A stretch of DNA of 37,055 bases, from the sequence record DRR723986_5535; one strand, given 5' to 3'. Positions 8,733 through 17,456 of the stretch are shown here, piece after piece. The notes beneath the pieces are model-generated. The model did not search any database. It saw nothing but the letters and a program-made list of their open reading frames with translations, and was not told the origin of the DNA. A program made the translations under genes and the position numbers. Position 1 is the stretch's first letter, and the number at the start of each line of letters is the position of its first letter.

Positions 8733-9767
8733 ATGAGCCTTCAGCAGACCATCACCAAGCTCGTCATGAAACTGCCGGGCGGCCTGCTCGTGAAAATGGC
8801 AGGCGGCAAACCGCTGACCATCCGCGGCCGTACGCTTGAGCCACAGCTGCAGCTGATGGCGTGGAACGGCCGCAATGCGCCGGCGCTCTCCAGCCTGCCC
8901 GCAGAAACCGTTCAGGCGGTCACCAAGGAAACGCTCGCCTCCGTCGCCGCGCCCATCGAGCCCGGCGTGCGGACGGAAGACCTGACCATTCCCGGTCCGA
9001 ACCAGAACCAGATCCCGGCCCGCATTTACCGTCCCGACGGCCAGGATCCGAAGGCGCCGCTGATGGTCTACTACCATATGGGCGGCGGCGTGATCGGGGA
9101 TCTGGAAACCTGCCATGCCTGGTGCTCCATTCTTGCCAGCCGCGTGAAATGCCCGGTCCTGTCGGTGGACTATCGCCTCGCGCCACAGCACAAATTTCCG
9201 GCCGGCATCGATGATTGCTGCGCAGCCTATGAATGGGGCATGCGCAATGCCGCAAAATTCGGTGCGCCGGAAGGTGTCGCGGCGGTTGGCGGCGATTCCA
9301 TGGGCGGCAATTTCTCGGCGATCATCGCACAGGAGATGCAGCGCGAGGACAAACCCCTGCCGGCGATGCAGTTGCTGATCTATCCGGCCATCGATCTGGT
9401 CGAGGAGTTCCCGTCCCGCAAGGAATTCAGCGAGACCTTCTCCCTGTCCACCGACACGATGGACTGGTTCATGGAGCAATACCTGCCGGAAGGCTTCGAC
9501 AAGTCCGACAAGATGCTGTCGCCCGGCCAGACGGGGCATCTGGATGGCCTGCCGCCGGCGGTCGTTGTTACGGCCGGGCACGATCCGCTCTGCGACGAGG
9601 GTGACGACTATGCCCGCCGCCTGAAGGATGCCGGCGTGCCGGTGATCCACAAATGCTACGACAATCTCGCGCACGCCTTCACGGCCTTCACGCTGATCTC
9701 ACCGGGCTCGCGCAAGGCCTGTCTGGAAATCGCCGACATGGTCCGCACCGTCTATTCAAAGCTCTAG
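8733..9767 (+). CDS. Alpha/beta hydrolase, hormone-sensitive-lipase-like esterase
   Basis: YYHMGGG oxyanion loop, VDYRLAP, GDSMGG nucleophile elbow, HDPLCDEG, HAF. Confidence 0.92.
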   Translation: MSLQQTITKLVMKLPGGLLVKMAGGKPLTIRGRTLEPQLQLMAWNGRNAPALSSLPAETVQAVTKETLASVAAPIEPGVRTEDLTIPGPNQNQIPARIYRPDGQDPKAPLMVYYHMGGGVIGDLETCHAWCSILASRVKCPVLSVDYRLAPQHKFPAGIDDCCAAYEWGMRNAAKFGAPEGVAAVGGDSMGGNFSAIIAQEMQREDKPLPAMQLLIYPAIDLVEEFPSRKEFSETFSLSTDTMDWFMEQYLPEGFDKSDKMLSPGQTGHLDGLPPAVVVTAGHDPLCDEGDDYARRLKDAGVPVIHKCYDNLAHAFTAFTLISPGSRKACLEIADMVRTVYSKL

Positions 9768-9776
9768 GAGCTCCGC

Positions 9777-10751
9777 TTGAAAGCGCTAGTCTGTCACCAG
9801 ATCACGGATGACTTTTCCGGGCTGGAGGTGCGGGATATTCCCGTGCCGCAGCCGGGGGAAGGGGACGTTCTGGTTCGCGTGAAGGCGGCCGGGGTGAACT
9901 TCCCGGACCTTTTGATGAGCCAGGGCAAGTACCAGTTCAAACCGGAACTGCCTTTCACGCTCGGCATGGAAGTCGCCGGCGTGATCGAAGCGGTCGGCGA
10001 CGGGGTGACGGAGTGGAAACCCGGCGACGAAGTGATCGGCGGGAACAAGACCGGCGCCTATGCGGAATTCGCCGTGCTGCCGGCAGCGAGCCTGTCGCCT
10101 AAGCCTGCGCCTTTCTCCTTTGCCGAAGCCGCCGCGTTTCCGGCGGCCTACATCACCGCTTATGTGGCGCTGGTCGTGCGAGCGAATCTGCAGCCGGGTG
10201 AAACCCTGCTTGTGCATGGCGCCAGCGGCGGGGTCGGCATGGCGGCGGTCGATGTCGGCAAGCTGCTTGGCGCGACCGTCATCGCCACGTCTGCCTCAGA
10301 CACCAAGCTCGAAAAGGTGCTGGAGTATGGCGCGGATTACGGCATCAACGTCACCCAAGGTTTTCGCGACAAGGTGAAGTCGCTGACGGGCGGGCGAGGC
10401 GCCGACGTCATCTTCGACCCGGTCGGCGGGGACGTATTCGATGAAAGCGTGCGCTGTATCGCCTTCGACGGACGCCTGCTGGTGGTGGGCTTCACATCCG
10501 GCCGCATTCCGGAAGTCAAAGTGAACATGCCGCTGATCAAGGGCTTCTCGGTCGTCGGCGTGCGCGCCGGAGAATATGGCCGACAGTTCCCGGTGCGGGG
10601 GCGGGCGAACCAGGCCGCAATCCGGAAATGGGCCAATGACGGCAAGGTACATCCGCATGTCTTCCGCGAGATCCAGCTGGAGGACTGGCGCGAAGCGTGG
10701 CGCCTGCTGACGGACCGCGAAGTTGTCGGTAAGGTCATTATAAGGCCCTGA
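9777..10751 (+). CDS. NADPH:quinone oxidoreductase family protein (MDR)
   Basis: TTG start behind AGGAG; GVNFPD, LVHGASGGVG, FDPVGG, GFTSGRIP, GKVII. Confidence 0.92.
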   Translation: MKALVCHQITDDFSGLEVRDIPVPQPGEGDVLVRVKAAGVNFPDLLMSQGKYQFKPELPFTLGMEVAGVIEAVGDGVTEWKPGDEVIGGNKTGAYAEFAVLPAASLSPKPAPFSFAEAAAFPAAYITAYVALVVRANLQPGETLLVHGASGGVGMAAVDVGKLLGATVIATSASDTKLEKVLEYGADYGINVTQGFRDKVKSLTGGRGADVIFDPVGGDVFDESVRCIAFDGRLLVVGFTSGRIPEVKVNMPLIKGFSVVGVRAGEYGRQFPVRGRANQAAIRKWANDGKVHPHVFREIQLEDWREAWRLLTDREVVGKVIIRP

Positions 10752-10791
10752 GACACATTCAAAAATTCAAACCCTTAGAGAGGAATACCCG

Positions 10792-11931
10792 ATGGCTGAT
10801 CAACTTCCCGAGACAAGCCTGCAGATCCGAACGCTGGTGACGCCGGAAGGCAAACTCGAACTCTCCCTCGCCGAAGCGCCTGTGAAAGCGCCCGGCCCGG
10901 ACCAGGTTGTGGTTCGTGTCGAAGGCACACCGATCAACCCGTCCGACCTGGGCCTCCTGGTTGGCGGCGCTGACATGTCGACCGCCGTTCAGGGTGGCAC
11001 GAAAGACAGTCCGACCATTTCTGCCGATGTACCGGAAGGCGGACTGCGCGCCATGAAAGCCCGGCTTGGCCAGTCGCTGGCCGTTGGCAATGAAGGCGCA
11101 GGCACCGTGATTGCCGCGGGCGACTCCCCGGCAGCACAGGCACTGCTCGGCAAGATGGTCACCTGCCTTGGCGGGAATATGTACCAGCAATACCGTACAC
11201 TGCACGTCTCGCAGTGCATGGCCCTGCCGGACGGCACGACGGCAGAGCAGGGGGCGTCTTGCTATGTGAACCCGCTGACGGCGTTGTCCTTTGTGGAAAC
11301 GATGAAGGCCAAGGGGCATGAGGCGCTGGTTCATACCGCTGCCGCTTCAAACCTTGGCCAGATGCTGAACAAGATCTGCCTCAAGGACGGCGTGCCGATC
11401 CTCAATATCGTCCGCAAGGAAGAGCAGGCGGAAATCCTGCGCGGCATCGGTGCGAAGCATATCGTCAACTCGACCTCGCCGACTTTCATGGAAGACCTGA
11501 TCAATGGCCTCGTCGAGACAGGCGCCACAATGGGCTTCGATGCCATCGGCGGCGGTCCGCTGGCCGGGCAGCTGCTGATCGCGATGGAAGCGGCCGCCAG
11601 CCGGAAGATGAAGGAATATTCCCGCTACGGCTCCGGCACTGAAACGCAGGTCTATATCTACGGCCGGCTCGACATGTCACCGACCATTGTCCCGGCCGGC
11701 GTCGGCTTTGCCTGGAACCTCAGCGGCTACCTGCTGACTCCGTTCCTGGAAAAGGCTGCTCCGGAAGTGCGCGCACGCATGTACAAGCGTGTCATCGACG
11801 AACTGAACACGACCTTCGCCAGCCACTATACGAAGACAATCTCGCTGGCTGACGCGCTCGATCTGGAAACGCTGCACGCCTATAATGCCAAGGCGACCGG
11901 CGAGAAATACCTGATCGACCCGACCCTTTAG
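10792..11931 (+). CDS. MDR superfamily (zinc-binding dehydrogenase-like/enoyl reductase-like) oxidoreductase
   Basis: PINPSDLG, GNEGAGTV, VNPLTA, HTAAASNLGQML, FDAIGGG. Confidence 0.88.
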   Translation: MADQLPETSLQIRTLVTPEGKLELSLAEAPVKAPGPDQVVVRVEGTPINPSDLGLLVGGADMSTAVQGGTKDSPTISADVPEGGLRAMKARLGQSLAVGNEGAGTVIAAGDSPAAQALLGKMVTCLGGNMYQQYRTLHVSQCMALPDGTTAEQGASCYVNPLTALSFVETMKAKGHEALVHTAAASNLGQMLNKICLKDGVPILNIVRKEEQAEILRGIGAKHIVNSTSPTFMEDLINGLVETGATMGFDAIGGGPLAGQLLIAMEAAASRKMKEYSRYGSGTETQVYIYGRLDMSPTIVPAGVGFAWNLSGYLLTPFLEKAAPEVRARMYKRVIDELNTTFASHYTKTISLADALDLETLHAYNAKATGEKYLIDPTL

Positions 11932-11935
11932 GTCG

Positions 11936-12676
11936 TCAAAGCAGCCTGTCTTCCGCGATCGTGATTGTATGGTCGCGGGTCTTGAAGAGAACGATATCGG
12001 CCCGCTGTTTCAGCGGGGCGATATTTTCTCTGAGGTTCGCCAGATTGATCCGCTCCCAGACGGACTGAGCGAATTCGAGCAGCTCCGGTTCCGACATGTG
12101 CAGGAAGTTCGCGTAGAAGGATGACGGATCCTCCCGTGCGGCGTTCCACAAGCTCACGAAGCGTTCCAGGAACCAGGCAAGCAGGTCGTCCTCGCTGGCA
12201 TCAAGATAGATCAGCAAGTCCGGTTCATGCGTCTCGCGCGGAGGCGGCGACAATGGCTGGAAGCCGAGCCCTTCCAGGATCAGGACATCCGGCTGGGCGA
12301 TGACGCGCGTCAGAGCCGGGTCCACATCATAGGTGACATGGCTATAGGCCGGAAAGGCGGCTTCGCCCGTGCGAAGGGTGCGGAGCGCCTCGCCGAGGGC
12401 CTGATGGTCATAGGTTTCGGGGAAGCCTTTGCGAAGTGTCAGCTCCCGCTCGGCCAGCACGCTGTTCGGGTACAAAAATCCGTCTGTCGAAACGGTTGCG
12501 ACGTCCAGCGTATCGTCCAGCACATCGGCAAGCGCCGCGGCAAGTGTCGTCTTGCCGGAGGCGACGGAACCGGTGAGGCCAGCGATCAGGCCTTCCCGGT
12601 CCGACTGCAGGTCAGAGAGGCGGGCGGCCAGCGCTTGGATGCCGCCCCCATCGGTGTTCTGCGTCTCTGTCGTCAT
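11936..12676 (-). CDS. coaA: Type I pantothenate kinase (short N-terminus)
   Basis: GSVASGKTT, STDGFLYPN, RKGFPETYD, AYSHVTYD, PDVLILEGL, WFLERF, INLANLRENIAP match CoaA motifs; start set at ATG 12676. Confidence 0.8.
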   Translation of the reverse strand: MTTETQNTDGGGIQALAARLSDLQSDREGLIAGLTGSVASGKTTLAAALADVLDDTLDVATVSTDGFLYPNSVLAERELTLRKGFPETYDHQALGEALRTLRTGEAAFPAYSHVTYDVDPALTRVIAQPDVLILEGLGFQPLSPPPRETHEPDLLIYLDASEDDLLAWFLERFVSLWNAAREDPSSFYANFLHMSEPELLEFAQSVWERINLANLRENIAPLKQRADIVLFKTRDHTITIAEDRLL

Positions 12677-12711
12677 TCTGGTCCGTTCTGGTATTGCGAA
12701 ACGCTCGCAAC

Positions 12712-13611
12712 CTACACGGTTCGTTTCGCCTTGTCCTCTGCATTCGCGCCTTCGATGGCTTCGCGGGCAGCAGTCCATTGTTCGTCGCTCCAGGCGGCCA
12801 GCGCGCTGAAGTTTCCGCCGGAGGCGTTGTACATGCCGCCATCGATCGCGATGGTCTGGCCGTTGATGTACTCGGCGCCCGGCGCCATCAGCAGGACGGC
12901 AAGGTTCACCAGCTCATGCATCTCGCCCACGCGGCCCATCGGGTTGGCGGTGGTTCGCTCCATGCTGCTTGTGCCGGAGTCCGGCGACAGGCGTGCCCAT
13001 GCGCCCTTGGTGGGGAAAGGCCCCGGCGCAATCGCATTGAAGCGCAGGCCGTAGCGGCCCCACTCGACGGCGAGGGATTGCGTCATCGTATTCACCGCCG
13101 CCTTCGACATCGCCGACGGCACGACGAATGGCCCGCCATTCCAGACCCAGGTCGTCAGGATGGAGCAGACACTGCCCTTCAGTTTCTGGTCGATCCAGCG
13201 CTTGCCGATGTCGTGCGTCATATAGAAGGAGCCGCGGAACACGATGTTCGAAATCGCATCGAAGCCACGGATGGAAAGGTCTTCCGTGCGCGAGATGAAA
13301 TTGCCTGCGGCATTGTTCATCAGGCCGGTAAGAGGCCCGTGCTTTGACCAGATCTCATCGTTCATGTCCGTGATCGCTTCGGCGACCCGGATATCGCAGG
13401 CATGCGGCACGACCTTGCCGCCATGCTTGTCCATGAGTTCGGCCGCTGTTTCTTCGCACACGCCGCCGCGCCGGCCGCAAATGTGTACCTCCGCGCCGAG
13501 CTTCAGGAAGCCTTCGGCCATTTCCTTGCCAAGGCCGGTGCCGCCTCCTGTGATGAGGATGCGTTCGTCCTTCATCAGGCCGTCGCGAAACATGAGTTTG
13601 GATGTGTCCAT
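12712..13611 (-). CDS. SDR oxidoreductase, 2,4-dienoyl-CoA reductase-like
   Basis: ITGGGTGLG, NNAAGNF, PSAMSKA, SLAVEWG, IAPGPFPTKGA; start at ATG 13611 behind GGGAGG. Confidence 0.88.
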   Translation of the reverse strand: MDTSKLMFRDGLMKDERILITGGGTGLGKEMAEGFLKLGAEVHICGRRGGVCEETAAELMDKHGGKVVPHACDIRVAEAITDMNDEIWSKHGPLTGLMNNAAGNFISRTEDLSIRGFDAISNIVFRGSFYMTHDIGKRWIDQKLKGSVCSILTTWVWNGGPFVVPSAMSKAAVNTMTQSLAVEWGRYGLRFNAIAPGPFPTKGAWARLSPDSGTSSMERTTANPMGRVGEMHELVNLAVLLMAPGAEYINGQTIAIDGGMYNASGGNFSALAAWSDEQWTAAREAIEGANAEDKAKRTV

Positions 13612-13711
13612 GATGATCCTCCCGAGATCTCTGCTTGTTTTGGAGAGATCATAGGACAGGCAGCCGGACTGAACAGCCCGTATCGCGGCGTCAGCGAAAA
13701 CAGTTCGCTTG

Positions 13712-14065
13712 CTATTTGCGGAATGGCAGGCTGACGAGGCGCCAGAGTATCCAGAGTGGCAGGACAATTGTGGCCCCGGCGAGCGCAGGCTTCCAGAAAT
13801 TGCGGATCGCCCAGCCAGCTGCAGCCAGTGTCTGTTTTGCAATTGCCGCCAGGGCGGCCGGAATGTTTGCATCCTGAGCAGCCGGATTGAAGTTTGCCGC
13901 CATCACGAAAAAGCCGACCAGAATGCAAAGCCCGGTCAGCTTCACGCCGCCCCAGAGGCTGATCCCGAACAGGCGTCGCAGGAGTGGGCGTTTTGGCGGC
14001 TTGCCGGGCTTCTCCGGCGGAGCGGGCGCCGGTGCCGGATCGCTGGCGGGTGGAAGGTCAGCCAT
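13712..14065 (-). CDS. Small hypothetical membrane protein
   Basis: Pro-rich N-terminus, two hydrophobic segments, basic C-terminus; start overlaps the mscS stop. Confidence 0.7.
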   Translation of the reverse strand: MADLPPASDPAPAPAPPEKPGKPPKRPLLRRLFGISLWGGVKLTGLCILVGFFVMAANFNPAAQDANIPAALAAIAKQTLAAAGWAIRNFWKPALAGATIVLPLWILWRLVSLPFRK

Positions 14066-15188
14066 CTTCCGAAGGGGCCATGGGTGGCGGTCCTGCCGCA
14101 GCACTCTGACCGGCATCAGCCGGTGCCTTGTACGGAACATAGACGACGTGCTGGAACGGGATTGTCACGCCATTGGCATCAAAGGCTTCTTTTACGGCCT
14201 TGGTGATATCTGCGCGGACATCGACGAATTCCGGTGTCGCCACGAAGGCGCGCAAGCGTACCTGGACGCTGGAAGAGGCGAGGGCATGAATTCCGACCCA
14301 GGTTTCATCGTCCGCCAGAATCCTCGGATGCGCATCGGCGACTTCCCGGACCAGCCGCATGGCAAGGTCCATATCGTCATCGTAGGAAATGTCGAAATAG
14401 AGATCGAGGCGCCGGCGTGTCTGGCGCGTGTGGTTGATCAGCGGTTCAGCCCACACCTTGTCATTGGTGATCGAGACGATCTTGTTGTCGATCTGTTTCA
14501 CCTGCGTGAGGAAGGGCGTGATGTCGATCACTTCACCATCGAGCCCGGCCAAGCTGACATAGTCACCGATCCGGAACGGCCGGAAGATTGCCAGCATGAT
14601 CCCGGCGGCAACAGCCTTCAACGTGTCCTGCAGGGCAAGACCGATGGCCAGGCCGGCTGCGCCGAGCAATGCGGCAAGCGATGCCGTCGGGAAGCCGAGC
14701 TGTGTCAGGGCAAAGACGATCGCGACGGCGAAGATCAGGTATTTGAAAAGCGATGCGGCAAAAGCGAACAGCGTGTCATCCGCGCCGGTACGCCGATGCG
14801 CTTTCCGTCCGAACCGGCGCAATGAACGCGCAATCCCGTTGGCGATGATCACCGCGACCACGAGGATTGCCACGGCCCCGACGGCGCCCGGTCCGCGTTG
14901 CTCCACCATGGCTTCCCAGTCATACCCGGCCAGGCCGAGCGGAATGGGGCTGAGCAGGATCAGCGCAAACACACGGGTGATCGAGGCGGCAAGGTCCCAG
15001 TTTGATCCCTCGAACTCCTTGTCCTTGGACAGGGCACGTTTACCGATCAATAAAACCAGTCGGCGAGCGAGCGCGGCCATGACCCATACAGCGATGGCCG
15101 ACAGGAGTACGATCCCCCATTTCTCGAAATAGGGTTCAATCGTTGCGGCCCATACCGGCCAGCCTGTAGTGTCTATCTGCAGCTTCAT
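14058..15188 (-). CDS. mscS: Small-conductance mechanosensitive channel with extra N-terminal TM helices
   Basis: AALLGAAGLAIGLALQDTL, FRPFRIGD, RRLDL...ISYDDD. Confidence 0.92.
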   Translation of the reverse strand: MKLQIDTTGWPVWAATIEPYFEKWGIVLLSAIAVWVMAALARRLVLLIGKRALSKDKEFEGSNWDLAASITRVFALILLSPIPLGLAGYDWEAMVEQRGPGAVGAVAILVVAVIIANGIARSLRRFGRKAHRRTGADDTLFAFAASLFKYLIFAVAIVFALTQLGFPTASLAALLGAAGLAIGLALQDTLKAVAAGIMLAIFRPFRIGDYVSLAGLDGEVIDITPFLTQVKQIDNKIVSITNDKVWAEPLINHTRQTRRRLDLYFDISYDDDMDLAMRLVREVADAHPRILADDETWVGIHALASSSVQVRLRAFVATPEFVDVRADITKAVKEAFDANGVTIPFQHVVYVPYKAPADAGQSAAAGPPPMAPSEDG

Positions 15189-15229
15189 GCGAGTCTTCTG
15201 TCACGCGGCGTCACGCGCCACAACTGACT

Positions 15230-16066
15230 TCAGCTGACCTCTCGCGTGATATTCACCTGGTGTGGATACGGAATGGAGATGCCGGCAGCATCCAGGGCCT
15301 CCTTGACCGTCCTGGTGAGAGTCCACCGGACTTCCCAATAGTCTGACGTCTTCACCCAGGGGCGGGCCACAATATCCACTGAGCTGGCGCCCAGCGTATT
15401 GACGCGCACCACCGGCGCCGGATCTGCAAGCACGCGATCGTCGGCTTTCATCGTCCGTTCGATCACCTCCATCGCATTCTCCAGGCCATCGCCATAATCT
15501 ACGCTGAAGACCAGATCGACGCGCCGGGTCGGGTATCCGGCATAATTGCGGATGACGCCGGAAATCGCCTGGCTGTTTGGGACGATGATCTGAACATTGT
15601 CGGGGGAGGCGAGAATGGTCTGGAACAGGTTGATGTCCTTCACCGTGCCGCCTTCGCCCGCGAGCTCGACATATTGGCCGACGCTGTAGGGACGGAAGAG
15701 CATGACCATGATGCCTGAGGCGATGTTGCCGAGGGCGCCCTGCAGCGACAGGCCAATGGCCAGTGTCATGGCGCCGAGGATGGCGACAAAGCTGGTCGCC
15801 TGAACGCCGAAGAGCTGCAGCGCGGCAATGATCGTGGCCGCCGTCAGGAACCAGCGCGTGATGGAGGCGAAGAAACTGCCGAGCGTATCGTCAATATCCG
15901 GTCGCTTCGTGGCCTGCGTGCGCACCATGCTGGCCACCCAACCGGAAATGCGGAGACCAATGATCAGGACAATGAAGGCTCCGACGGCTTTCAGCGCATA
16001 GCCTGCAAGTACCGGCCAATGTTCCGCCAGCTGGGCTTCCTAGTCGATATTGTTCAGAAAATCCAT
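15230..16066 (-). pseudogene. mscS: Second MscS gene interrupted by an in-frame TAG at codon 9
   Basis: GGAG SD then ATG 16066: MDFLNNID*EAQLAEHWPVLAGYALKAVGAFIVLIIGLRISGWVASMVR, continuing into AILGAMTLAIGLSLQGAL...FRPYSVGQ. TAG is at 16042-16040. Confidence 0.8.
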
Positions 16067-16079
16067 TTTGTACTCCGTA

Positions 16080-16844
16080 TCAAATTCCGGCCGGGACAGT
16101 CGTTCCGTCTGCGCCGCGCAACAGGCGCAGGCCGAGGATCAGCAACCCGGACACGCCGGTCATGATGGCGAGCCATCCCATACCCGTCACTGTCCAGTTA
16201 TTGGCAACAACTCCCGCCAAGCCCCAGGCAAGGGCGACAAAAAACCAAAGACTGCGGCTGACATAGCGCGCAAAAGCCCACGAACCAAACGCGGCAGTTC
16301 CCAAAAAGATCCATAGCATCTGCCATGGAAGATCGGTTGGGCCATAGCTCGTGAAATTGCGAATCAGCAGGGGTACTGAGATGCTGATGGCGACGAGTAT
16401 CCAGCCGGAAAGCAGGCCGGTGGCGGCGTCTGCGATTAATTTTACGACACTTCCGCCCATGCCTCGCATTCGGTCGAAACGTGCCGCGGCAGTCCAGGAT
16501 AAGGCCGCGATGGGAAACAGGAGCAGGAAATCGAGTGGCTGATACGCGATCAGTTGCGCGCTACACATCCACACAATGTTTGCTGCACCCGCCAGTGCGA
16601 GCGGCGTGCCGACGCGCAACATCCATGGCTCACGATGGCGCCATGTGGTGTAGGCAAAGGCAATATATGCCCCAAAAATAAGGCTCCAGATGGAAAAGAA
16701 GGCGGGGAGGGGCTGTTCAGGCGCATGCATCCCACGCGTGGCGTCGCCGATCGGTGTGCCAATTCCAAGCAATGGCGCGAGCGCGCCAGAGAGTGGCTGA
16801 AGGATTCCGAAGACAATCAGGAGAAGTGGAAGACGCGGTTTCAT
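16080..16844 (-). CDS. Integral membrane protein, TspO/MBR-related (tentative)
   Basis: About 7-8 TM segments, Trp-rich, PLPAFFSIWSLIF motif; start set at ATG 16844. Confidence 0.6.
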   Translation of the reverse strand: MKPRLPLLLIVFGILQPLSGALAPLLGIGTPIGDATRGMHAPEQPLPAFFSIWSLIFGAYIAFAYTTWRHREPWMLRVGTPLALAGAANIVWMCSAQLIAYQPLDFLLLFPIAALSWTAAARFDRMRGMGGSVVKLIADAATGLLSGWILVAISISVPLLIRNFTSYGPTDLPWQMLWIFLGTAAFGSWAFARYVSRSLWFFVALAWGLAGVVANNWTVTGMGWLAIMTGVSGLLILGLRLLRGADGTTVPAGI

Positions 16845-16970
16845 CAGTACCCTTGTGGCAGGGTTCGTGTGTGTAGAAAATTGCGTCGAACTGAAAAAAA
16901 GCAAGGCAGACCGGTATTTTTACGCTATTCGCCTGCCGACTCATTTGAGTCGGAATAGAGGAATTTGCTC

Positions 16971-17387
16971 ATGGCAAAGAAACCTGTGGCCAAGAAGGCC
17001 GCTGCGAAACCCGCCGCTAAGCCGGCAACGACCCGGGCTGCTGCTGCGAAGCCGGCCGCAAAGCCTGCTGCACGCACTGCTGCGAAAACGGCTGCTGCTC
17101 CGAAGAAGGTCGTCACCGTCACCCTGCGCCAGCTGGCTGCTGAACTGGCCGAAGCGCATGGCATGACGAAAAAGCAGACCGAAGCTGTTCTGGGCGATCT
17201 GGTCACCATGACCACGAAGCGCCTGAAGAAGGGCGAAAAAGTCCGTTTCACGGGCCTTGGCACGATGGAAGTGCGCAAGCGTCCGGCCCGCATGGGCCGC
17301 AACCCGGCAACCGGCGAAGCCATCAAGATCAAGGCTTCCAAGAAAGTTGCTTTCCGCGTTGCGAAGGAACTCAAGGAATCCGTCTGA
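16971..17387 (+). CDS. hup: HU family DNA-binding protein with Lys/Ala/Pro-rich N-terminal tail
   Basis: GEKVRFTGLGTMEVRKRPARMGRNPATGEAIKIKASKKVAFRVAKELKE; GAGG SD. Confidence 0.95.
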   Translation: MAKKPVAKKAAAKPAAKPATTRAAAAKPAAKPAARTAAKTAAAPKKVVTVTLRQLAAELAEAHGMTKKQTEAVLGDLVTMTTKRLKKGEKVRFTGLGTMEVRKRPARMGRNPATGEAIKIKASKKVAFRVAKELKESV

Positions 17388-17413
17388 TAACAGACGAAAT
17401 TCCAGACTTACTG

Positions 17414-17450
17414 AAGGCCGGGCGTATTATGCGCCCGGCCTTTTCTTGTT
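17414..17450 (+). terminator. Intrinsic terminator after HU (possibly bidirectional with the ligase gene)
   Basis: AAGGCCGGGCG-TATTATG-CGCCCGGCCTT followed by TTCTTGTT. Confidence 0.85.
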
Positions 17451-17456
17451 CGCGCC

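Noticed and set aside
16040-16042. Pyrrolysine or genome-wide TAG recoding
   Set aside because: TAG is used as a normal stop in many genes here (putA, lhr, dps, aspC) and no pyl genes are present.
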